64,000 nucleotides of DNA from Adineta vaga (lineage: Eukaryota; Animalia; Rotifera). Positions within the stretch are counted from its first letter, which is position 1; each line of letters begins with the position of its first letter. The notes under the pieces were generated by a model that saw only the letters and a list, made by a program, of their open reading frames with translations, was not told the DNA's origin and did no database searches. The stretch lies in the NCBI GenBank assembly GCA_021613535.1, contig CP075495.1:5642001-5706000 (forward strand), in the 5' to 3' direction. Positions 1 through 12,970 of this stretch are shown here, one piece after another. The translations under genes were made by a program, and so were the position numbers.

Positions 1-1871
<1,871 letters not shown>

Positions 1872-2231
1872 TATTCACTTGCAAAAAACTTAATTTGAAT
1901 GATGTATCGACTAAAATATCGAGATCAATAAATATACTTGCATTGCATCTAGGACTAACTAATTTTGCGCAGTCAATAATGTTCGGTAGTGGAGAACTAG
2001 ATCTGATTGACTGTCGAGAATCAGCCAATGGAAAGTTAAAAGACGAATACGTTTGTTGCTCGACTACTAAATAGAAATGAATACATAAATGGAATTTGTT
2101 TTGTCGGTTTAAAGTATAGATTAATCGTAGTAAATTATTTTTTTAATATCAATTTAATATCACAATCAAATATTTATGAACAAAATTATTTTATAAAATT
2201 TATTTTAGAAGGATTTCTTCGAATCGTAAAG

Positions 2232-2911
2232 ATGTATCAACAAGGTATGAACAGTGTTATAAGATCTTTTCTTTTGTTAGAAAAAGAAAACGAAATCTTT
2301 AGGAAAATCTATTGGTGTTTCAACTCAAGATCGATTAATGTCGACATCATTTCGATATGAAATAAATAAAGGCAAACCGGATCATAGTTCAATTCGAATG
2401 CAGAAAGCTGCTGAAGTAATTCTATATTATCGATAATTGAATTTGATTACATCATACGAAAGACGAGTTTATTTTAGAATGAAGAGTTGCATCTTAAACA
2501 ATTGAAAGAACTCGAACAGTAAATTCTTTTATATGAAGTATAGATAATCATGATTATTATTCGCTATTTTAGTAATAAATATCAAAAATTTAAAGCTAAT
2601 TGGGCTGAACAATCGGCTTGGTCTAATGTTGCATCACGTGAATCAGCTGTGCATAAACAACGTGAACAGGAATTATACTTACTTCGTAAAGCTCATCTTA
2701 CTGTATGTTTTTCTTCGTTCGAGTAGACATAGAGATAAATAACTAGGATAATTCTACTATTTCTTTACAGGCTCGTCGAGCAGCTCTGGCTACATTACTT
2801 CAAAATGAACAAGTTCTTTACGAACACGAATTTCGTCGTAATGGCAAAGCACTTTATAAAGACATGTTTCAAGTAGATCCTCAATATCCAACTCTTAGAC
2901 TATATCAATGA
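2232..2911 (+). CDS. CFAP141: CFAP141/C1orf189-like small ciliary coiled-coil protein (5 exons, absent from ORF track)
   Basis: Hand-spliced MYQQGKSIGVSTQDRL...KANWAEQ...ARRAALATLLQNEQVLYEHEFRRNGKALYKD; the C-terminus resembles the C1orf189 pattern VRxAALxxLFxxExxxYxxELxxxGKAFY. Confidence 0.65.
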
Positions 2912-3508
2912 TTTTATAAATAAAAATTGCTTTCTTTTTCTATGAAAAATTTTCTTAATCGATTTCTTTTTTTTCCAATTTATTAATGAATACTACGAAT
3001 GAAAACCTTTTTTTTATGAAATTATTTGTATTTATTCCATTGATATATCGGATTGAAAGAACCGGCGACAAAAATAATTGTACTGACTTTTTATAAGAAT
3101 GAAAAATCGATTTCTGAATGTGCACACATACACGTGTAAAAACGAAAATATTAAAATAATATCGTATTTTCTTTTCTTTCAGACGAAAAAAGTCATTTTC
3201 TTATTGATGTTTTGATGGGAGATTTCTTTCATCTACGATGTGAGTAGTAGAATCAATATCGATTGTCACTAACCATGAAATGTCGAAGGTTATATTTTTT
3301 TGCAAAGTATTTCACTTATATTATTCTTTGAACAAATGTCCATGACATTCGATGAAGCATACTTTGAATAAATAAAATGTTATACTCTTTCTATTTCTTG
3401 TCTTTGTATATAAGTGTATGTATTATACATTCAAAAAGTGATGTTATTGTAACTTCACAATTACTTTTCTACTCGTAATAAAACATATTCTTACGACAAC
3501 TCTTCATT

Positions 3509-4950
3509 ATGAATCAAAAGATGTTGAGTACTCTGCGAAAATTTCTGTCTCAAATTCAAACAGAAGTTAAAATACGTGATTGGACTCATCAAATGAATTC
3601 ATGTTTAGCATATGCAAGACAAATTATGAAAGTGAAAGAAGAACAGTTCATTCATAGTAAGAAGAAATGGACTGGTATTAAATAACTCTATAGAATCATT
3701 TGTCTTCTAGGGATAGCAACAATTTTTATTGTTTATTTAATCTTTGGTTGGAATGGTTTTTTTCTTGGATGTCTTTTCCTAGTATATCTTTTGTAAGTTT
3801 AACATATCTTGTTAAGATCTTTGTGCATGTAAAATTTTATTCAATATAGATTATCGTTTATTGATTTTTCAATAGCAATCAATGAGACACATTGCTTATT
3901 CTATTCGATTGTGTATGTCGCATTGGGTTCAATAGAATATTTTTGTTTTAATTATCAATTTCCATTTTATATTATTTATATTGGAAAATGTATCTTTCTT
4001 ATTTGGCTTGTATTTCCAGATCAAATACATGATAATATAATTATTGTTCATAGAAGTATTTGTCAATTTGTTTATAATTATAATAAAGTAAGTTTCATAT
4101 GATTGATAGGAAGTAATCACAAAAAAGATCTATTGATGAATTTGAAATCTTATTTTGTTTTGTGTTATAGCAAAATCAAGAATTTTATAATACTAAAGCC
4201 GGTCAAAGTCATGTCGAAGATGCAAATTCGTACGATCAATATCATAATCCTATTGATCGAGAATATGATTTGGGTCGTGATGGTGCATTTACTGGATATC
4301 GAATATCAATTGGACAATTCTATAAAAGTGGAGATATGAAAGCACCTATACAAGCACTAGAAATGAAAGGTTTTCATGTTGAAAATGTCAAAAGTGAACT
4401 TGAATTCATATCAAAACTTCAATCGAATCATTATCAAATCGTTTGGGTGATTAGTTCAAGTTCTATTGAACAGACATCATTTATTCCAACTCTGCTTGAT
4501 TTTCATTCCAAAGGTGGAGCTGTGTTTCTCTTTGCTGATAATGTACCTTACGTTTCTCATGCTTCGGAGTTTCTCAACAAGAAATTTGGTATTACTCTTC
4601 TTGGAAATTATCAAGGCAACAAAACACTGGTATTCAATGAAAATGGATATTCAGAAGCGGGACGTTTTGGTCAACATGAAATATTTACTGGTATAAAAAA
4701 TCTTTTCGAAGGTGTAACTATTTGTCATCCTGTTCAATTAAAACCTATACGTAACCAATCAATGGTTACTTTAGCAACGGCTACAGATGGTCAATCATGT
4801 ATCACTATATTTGATCCACCACATGGTTCTTCAGAAGGACGTTTATGTTTAGATTGTGGTTTTACAAAGTTATTCATTAATTGGAATTCAGCTGGTACTG
4901 CAAGATTTATTGTTAATGCTAGTTGTTGGCTAACAAAAGCGATGAAATGA
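3509..4950 (+). CDS. Chimeric protein: N-terminal REEP/DP1/HVA22-like membrane region plus C-terminal class-I-GATase-like alpha/beta domain
   Basis: Four exons splice in frame (introns ~3657-3710, ~3793-3849, ~4088-4170). N-half has IVYLIFGW and YIGKCIFLIWLVFP (REEP5-like). C-half has YDLGRDGAFTGY...GGAVFLFADN...EGVTI...RLCLDCGFTKLFINWNSAGTARFIVNASCWL. Confidence 0.6.
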
Positions 4951-5446
4951 TGTGAACTTCGATTGAATATATGTATTAACGAATATTTCCTATTTTCATT
5001 CATCTGCTTCATAGTTTTAGCTCTTAGAATACTTTTATGCCGTGATTTTTATATTTTTTATTCATGACAGAGAAATAATCCAGATCGATTGAATCATTTC
5101 CTATTTAATCTTGAGTGTTTATATATGTTATCAATATCAACATCCTCGAGAATGAAGAAAAGCATTAAGACAAATGATTTTTTTATTTATCTTATTCATG
5201 ATTTTGTTAAAAAGAATTTCTATTGTGTAAATTTCGAAAATTTATTTTAGTGACAAGAATTGACTTTTAATTTTACTCGTGACAAAATTGAGCTTGCATT
5301 AAATACTAAATGTACCATGTAGTACAATTGTGACAATACTGAAAAACAAACACATACACACACATAAAAACGAAATAAAATCCTGAGACATAAAACAAAC
5401 AACATTAATCTGAGCAGTGCAAAGTGAATACCTGAGATGAGATTAT

Positions 5447-7089
5447 TCAAATGAAATTATCTGATCGACAAAGATGACGCATAAAATGATAGAGTGCAAA
5501 AAAAAATCGTTCATTTTCTTCATTGATTTGTATTTGACGGAACGATGGAATTTTATTCCAAAATAAATCAAGTAATTTTACTCGTTGCATTGATATATCC
5601 ATATTTATATCGGGTAATTGAAGAACATGATTCGATAAATAACGACTAGCAATATCTTCCAATGTTGAAAGATCATTAAATATTGGTAAAGATGATGGAT
5701 CAAATAATTTATTAATTAAATTTTTCATAAATTCTTCGATAGATTCTTGTTCATTCGTATCAGATGACGATGTTGATGTTGTTGTTGTAACAATAATCGG
5801 TATAATCGATTGATATGCAATAAGAAAATGATCGAATGTTGTTATTGAATGTGTAGAAACATTATCAAGAATTTGTAAAAGAACAAAATAGATTCCTTCA
5901 ATTGATAGAATTTTTGTTGATTGATGTTGAAAAAGAAAAGATTTCAATGGTTGAAAACGAGCAACTGGTAAATTATGTTTATATTCATCAAGAATTGTAT
6001 GAAGATCAAATGTAAGACGTACAATTGTTAATTGATTTGTTTTATCAAGCATTGTTACTAGAGAAAGGTTAGGATTAATTGGTGATATAGCAGTTAAATA
6101 AGTTGATTCTTCTTTAGTTGAATTATTTAATACACATGTATCATAATCTGTACTTGACTGTGTAGAAGATGATGTTGTCGATGCAATCGATGATCCATAT
6201 GCAGCTTGACCAGTTGATATAACATGATTATTCAATGATTTATTAATATTAGTTAATTTTGATTCGCGATTCGGTAATAAATGTTGACGTCGTGCAATGT
6301 TTAGTGCTAAAATAAGAATAAGAAAAATAATCATTGTCTCAAAAGAATCTGTCTTTAATTTCAATTTTACCTTCATTTAATGTTAACTTATTAATTTCTG
6401 GTAAAACACGAACTCGTTGATGTTGATTTTGACTAGATAATGTTGGACTAGAAATCTAGAAAATTCAAATAATATCACCTATTTATTGTTCATCAATGAA
6501 ATGAATTTATACATACATTTGATTTATTTGTTTCACTTATTAGATCAGGTTGATTGACTGAACAAGTATTGGTTTTTTTAACTTTAAACCACCATAATTT
6601 TGAAATATTATTATCATTCATGTCTGTCTTCTTCAAACATTCATCCGCATTACTTTTACTTTTTTTTAATAAATTGATTTTTTTCGATTTTTTTGTTATC
6701 GTTATTTGTTTCGCTTGGAGATCAGGTCCCATAAGAACAATGCCTTGTGTATTAATCATCGATTGATTTGGTATGAATTCAATGGTAGATGGTTTGATTA
6801 ACTCTTGTTCTTCATCAGAAAATGAATCTTCACCATCATCTGGTGTTGACAATCGTTCAATAACTGATGTCGTTTGTATTGTATCAATATCCGATGTATT
6901 AATAGTAAAATATTGTGCCATTATTTCTTCATAGAGATGCATCGATGAGGATGATGATGGCATATCAATGATTTTTTTCGATGATAAATGTTCACATTTA
7001 TTTTCAGTTATTTGATGACCTGATCGATTTTGATGGCAATTCGTACATAATAATGGTTTCCATGGATTAGCTTGAAAAAGATCACACAT
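5447..7089 (-). CDS. PEAK1/pragmin-like protein with highly degenerate pseudokinase region
   Basis: N-terminal CxxFxxxxWKPxxCxNCxxxRSxH motif as in PEAK1/PRAG1 (related motif in MPRIP); HLYEEI tyrosine motif; C-terminal IYFVLLQIL and DISMQRVKLL segments resemble PEAK-family helices; 2 introns. Confidence 0.5.
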
Positions 7090-7127
7090 GATTTGTGTTT
7101 CTGAAATTAAAATTTAATAGATAGATT

Positions 7128-10100
7128 TTATTTTGAATCATGAAAAAGAAGAAAGAAATCTTTATTGTATGAATATACAAAAAAAAATAATAATAATAAT
7201 AAATTACAACGAATTGATAAACAGCCAAAAGCATATGCAGATTTAACAAAATTAGAGAACTTCCTAGAATTAGAAAAAGAAAATTTAGGAAAGAATTTAG
7301 CTTTATTTTGTATACAGACTAGATTTTCTGGCATAGCAACAGCCATCAATGTTTGATAAGTATGTCGAACTTTTGTTAAAAATTCGTTTTTACTTTCGGT
7401 TGTTAAACTTTCTAATGTCCATTGAAATTGTTTCGTTTCAGATTCGTCAACAAAATCGAAAACGAACATTTGTGAATGATTTGTATAATTTGTCTATTGG
7501 AAACGAATTAATTCTCGAGAAAAACAAATAGGTAAAGAATATAAACTTACAACATTGACTAAATGCATAAGATCACATTTTAATTGAGGATTTGTATTTA
7601 AATCTGATTTTAATTCAGCTGGTAAACGTACATGACGAGAATCGATCGTTGCATAAGCATCTTCAATCATTAAAATCCAATTACGAAGAAGTAATAAAGC
7701 AATCATTTGACTATTTCCAGCTAGAAATTTATAATAATAATCATTTACAGATTGTAATTCAAACAAATTTATTTACTTACCTTGATCCATGCGAATCATA
7801 ATTGAATAGAAATCAATCATATCATCATTAGGTTCTTCAATATGACATTCAATTTTAATAATATCAAATAAACGCTGTCGATATTCATCGGAACTAATTC
7901 GACTAATTTTCTGTAATGCACTTTCACCACTTTGTACGAAGGGTGAAAGAACTTCTACAAAAGATTTTATAAAACAAAACACAATGCTATTTTCAATATT
8001 TACCAAGAATATCATTGACGATCTTTTGTGTTTTTTGTTGATTAGCAAGGAGAAAGGCAAATGCTGCTGATTGTAATTCAATTGTGAATGTTTGTAATCG
8101 ATAACCAATATCAAGCATAAGAACATTAGTTAAATGATCTTTACCAACTAATGTATATTGAAATTTATTATCATCTTCAGATCTTTCAAAAAGAAGACAA
8201 AAAAAGATCTTATTAAATTACGAATGATTTGATCAACATACGGTTCATATTGAAATATATAAATACCATAATTGGTAAGAACAGTTTGTGCAATAAAATA
8301 TTTACTTGTTGTTGAACGAACAACAAAACACTGATAAAAGACAAATGGAAAAAAAATACTTCGATGAAAAATTTTTGTCATTGAACTATTTTACTTTAAA
8401 ATGTAGTTTTATTTGTTCATCATTATGTGTAAAATGTTCTGTTGCTATATGAAAATGTAATCGATGATCAAGATCAGCATCTTCGGATGACATATCAATA
8501 GTTGTTCGCAATTGTACTGGAGAAATAGTTCTATTAGAAAGAATGACAAATGTTTAGAAGAGAACAATAGAACATAATAATTGATTTATCGTAGACTTAC
8601 TTAGGCAATGCTGTTAATGTTTCATTTTGACAAGTCATACAAATAGGTGATGATGTATTATCTATAGAAACATGATTGAAAAGTATAAAAGAGTGTAAAT
8701 AAATGAAGTTTTAATTACTGATATTGTTCATGCTGTTTAATGGTGGAAATTTTTTTCCACATATAGAACACTAAAGTTAGAAGAGAATAAATTGTTCGAA
8801 TGGGAAAAAAATATCGTTTTACAAACCTGTAAGAATATAGGTGAACTAGTTGCTAATTCAACGGGTGCTGATGATTCTAAATGTCGTTGAATTTCTTCAA
8901 TAAATGCCTAAAATTATTGTATGATTAATCATATAATCATATTTCTTCTTTTACTTTTTGATCCTGTCTTGTGTCGAATAAATACATTCGATTTTCCGTT
9001 TCATTTCTTCGTTTTTCAAATATAAATTCAACTATTTTTTCTGAACTAAAGAAAAAATAATACAAAAATCTAATGTCTGGAGTTCATTTCCTTGATTATT
9101 TTTCTTACCTATCTTTATCAGTTAACAATTTAATCATTGAATAATTCAATTTTTCCATATAGTTTTCATCATTGACATCTTTTTCTATTAGACACATTGG
9201 ATCAATTTCAATAGTTAATAGACGAGTATTCTCATTTGTAGTAGATGTTCGATCAGTGACAAAAAATATGGTTCGAATACTATCTGAACAGCTAAATGTA
9301 TATAAATATGTAGATTGAAGGAAAAAGTTGTTCTTCTACCGCCAATATAATTTTCATTATGAACATTTTCCTTTGGTTCAAGTACTGGGATTGGTGTTTG
9401 ATGATTTGTATTGATACGAAATTGTTTTTCTGATTCGGGTGAATCTGGTACATATGTATCATCTGATGTGTTGTTGTAAACATCAACAACTTCTAAAACA
9501 ATTTTGTTTGGTGGATCGGATTTACGAGCACGTGGACTCTTTCGTCGTACTGGTGACTGAAAGTAGAATTAGAATAATATTTTTTCTATTTCAAAGGATC
9601 AAAATATGTTTTACTTGTGATAAATCATTGGCTAATTTTCGTGGAATACTACTTGCAATTGATGATGTTACTTTGGATACATTATCGTCCTGTTCAATAA
9701 TTGTAGATTGATAAAGATTCGAATTATCATTTTCATGACGTGATTCTACAACTTTAACTAAACGACGTCGATGTGCATTCGATTCATTTTCTGAACCGGA
9801 TGTAGCTAAACGATGAGAAAAAGACAAAGAATGAATTGAAAATGATATCGAACAAGATTTACCATTTTCTGTTGGTGTTTCATCAGTATCGAGTGGTCGT
9901 AAATTTCCATCACGATTTTTACGACGAGATCGTCTAATGAAACATATGGAATTAATTTTATTTTATTGAAAAATATTGTGTAAGTTATTTATATAGTTCA
10001 TCATTACATCATTCTGCTCTATTGCGTGCGATAACCTTTCAACAATACATACCGTCGAGCAACAACTGTTCCCGTCGAAGTCGCTGTGATTGATTCTGGC

Positions 10101-11692
10101 TCTGTTGTTGATTCACTTGTAGTTGTATTCTGTGTTGATGGAGATGGTGAATAAAGTGGAAATGATGGTCCAACCTGTTGTTGACGATTACGTCTTAATG
10201 GAATTCGCTGGAAAAGAAATCTAAATTTTAGAATAAAATCTTCGTAATCGAAAAATCTACTTGTTTTTCTTTTGGTGTTAATGATTGATTATCAATTAAA
10301 AGCTAAAACATCCAAATAAAACAATACTTTCGACAAATCATGATAATTACTTCTCGAGCTTCTTGTGAAAATACAAATGGTAAATTTGTAATAATTTGTT
10401 GACGATAATTAGAAGCATATGCGAATGGATTTCGTGCAAAATAGAGCTGAAGAAGAAGAAGAAGAAGAAGAAAAAACGTATATCTCTTTAATATAATATT
10501 TATTTTTTTACTCGTTTAAGCATTGGCATATATCGAATTTGTTCGGGTATCGCTGTTATAAAATTATCACTTAAATCTAATTCATCAATTGATTTCATAT
10601 TTTCAATACCTTAACGAAAGAGTTATAAAATGTATTCATTGTTTGACTATTCTAAAATTCGTTTACCAATTATTTCTTCCAAACAATTTTGTCGCATTTT
10701 AAGTGTTGATAATCGACATTGACCTCTTTCATCAGACCATATAGGTACAATACGTAAATTATTTGATGAAAGATTCAAATGTTTTACATGAGGAATAATC
10801 TGTGAAAAAAGAAAAAGAAATTGAATGATGAAAGATGAAATCGTTTTCTTTTCAACTTACGTCTAATATATTTGAACAATCTTGTAATCGATTATGACTT
10901 AAATCAAGAACTTCAAGTGCAATTAAATATTTCTAGAAAAACAATGATATATAAAACTCATTATTTATTTGACAGAATTCTTACTAAAGATTGATCAATT
11001 CGTTCGATAAAATTATGAGCAAGAAACAATGATTTCAATCGAGGCCATGGTTCACGTCGAACAGAATCACCACCACAATCACCAATTAAATCCTATGGAA
11101 ATCTTCATTCAAAAATGAAATATTATTTAAAAATAAAATAACATTACTTCAATTTTAGTCACCGATTGTAAACATATTAATGTTTCAAGTTGAGGACGAA
11201 GTAGAGATAATCCAAGTACCATATGTGGTGGAATTTTTTTCAATTCCAAACAAGTTACATGTTGAAATGGATAGAGAAGAACATTACCTCGAAGTGTTCC
11301 AGCATGATGTATTAACTTTAAAAAGAAGATAAATAAGAAGATACGTTTGACTTCTAACATTCTTAACATACTTTTACAGCATGAATTTTTTGTAAAAAAT
11401 CATGTAGAAATATTAAATCTTCTCTAAGTTTAGCACTAATTCTTATATTTTGAATAGATGGTGGGACTGGTAATGGTGGTAATGAATTCGTTCTTGGACG
11501 ATCCGTTGTAGTTGGTAATAAGAAATCAAGTTTAGCCGCTTGAAAATAATTATTTAATAATGTTAATGAATCGGATGTAAAACACACTTTACTATCACCA
11601 TGTAAAACTCGATGTCCATTGGAACGAAATAATTCAACTAATTGATGAACAACTTGATCAGACGATGACGACGAAGAACGATTCGTCGCCAT
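7128..11692 (-). CDS. STK11IP: Serine/threonine kinase 11-interacting protein (LRR)
   Basis: N-terminal LIP1-type region (DLIFLHDFLQK, LLYPFQHVTCLELKKIPPHMVLGLSLLRPQLETLIC), LRR exons (LEVLDLSHNRLQ, LDLSDNFI), a zinc-ribbon-like CSICG..CPICMTC, and a C-terminal PH-like region. The exact stop is uncertain. Confidence 0.85.
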
Positions 11693-11872
11693 AAATGAAG
11701 AAAATATATCTAAAATAAATAAAAAAATATTAAAAAAAACCAAAATAGTTATTTTTATCATTGGACGTTTCGAAAGATACACGCATATAAAGAGAGATAA
11801 AGAATAAATGAGGTAAAACAATATCTTTTACTCTCACATATGATGAAGAAAATTATTTACAGATTACTTTTT

Positions 11873-12259
11873 TTAATCATCATCATCATCATTATCAAAC
11901 GGAAAGGCCGTTTGATGAGATGAAAAATTATGGTTCGCATTATTACGGAAATCAGTTAAATACGTATGTAAAGCATGTTGTGGTAACATGAGCTTTCGAG
12001 TTGGTTTATCTTCAGTTAATTTTTTTCGTCTTTCTTCAAAAAAATGTACCTAAAACAATACAATCAATTCATTTTTTGTTAGTTATCTCTTTTCTCATAC
12101 CAACGATGCACTACAAGCAAGATGAAGTTGTTCAATTTGTTTTTGACAATTCGATTCACAATTATCATATAGATCTAAACATTTCCACCAAGCATCACGT
12201 GCCTGCCAACAATTTGATAATGATTTTGAATGTTCACCAATCGATGAGCTCGTGGTCAT
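11873..12259 (-). CDS. COA6: Cytochrome c oxidase assembly factor 6-like (CX9C-CX10C)
   Basis: CWQARDAWWKCLD...CQKQIEQLHLAC matches the COA6/COX6B pattern; one intron ~12050-12100. Confidence 0.7.
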
Positions 12260-12299
12260 CTCAGTTATAGTTAAAAATAGCTGATGATGATGAGAAGAG

Positions 12300-12620
12300 A
12301 GAGAGAGGGGGAGATAAAAGAACGAGACGAGAGCGCATGCTACTTGAAAACTGACCAATAAGAATCGAGTCAATGTTTATTTACATTGTCGGTACAGTCA
12401 ATGTCAATTGTAGTCATTCAATCAATGTATTTATCCAAAATTCAAAAGAAGAATCAAGACCAAAATAGATAGACATCTATTTATTAATTGTTAAAAGTTT
12501 TTTTGGACTCTACGTTAGTACTGACTGGTTATAATATATATCCATTTGTTTATTTGTTGTTTTTTTCTTTTTCTTTTTCTTTCACGATCATTTTCATTTT
12601 CAATTGAAAGATTTTATTGG
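12300..12620. promoter_or_regulatory. Probable bidirectional promoter between COA6 (-) and UTP6 (+)
   Basis: Divergent genes; CCAAT and repeated AGTCAAT motifs and a TTGTAGTC motif; similar motifs occur in the DCAF8/CFAP141 divergent spacer (~1960-2075). Confidence 0.45.
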
Positions 12621-12970
12621 TAAGTGTAGAATTTAAATCGAAAAAAAATAGTAAAAATCGAAGATCAGAGTAGATTTTATTGAATTATCTATGAATAAAA
12701 TCTTAGTATTTTCTTCGAATATTATTTCCAAAGATATTTTCAAATGAAGGTTTTCTTCGTTTATTTACAATATCTTTGCTGTCATTCAGATCTTTTCATG
12801 AAAGATATATACACCAATGAAATATCTTCTAATTTGAAACTCTTCGGAGATAAAATTAGAATATATATGTGTGTCAATAAATGTATATCTTTCTGATCTG
12901 AACAGTAACATGTTTAGAAAATATATAGATTGAAAATATATTTCATTTGATGTTTTTAGAGTAAATAATC

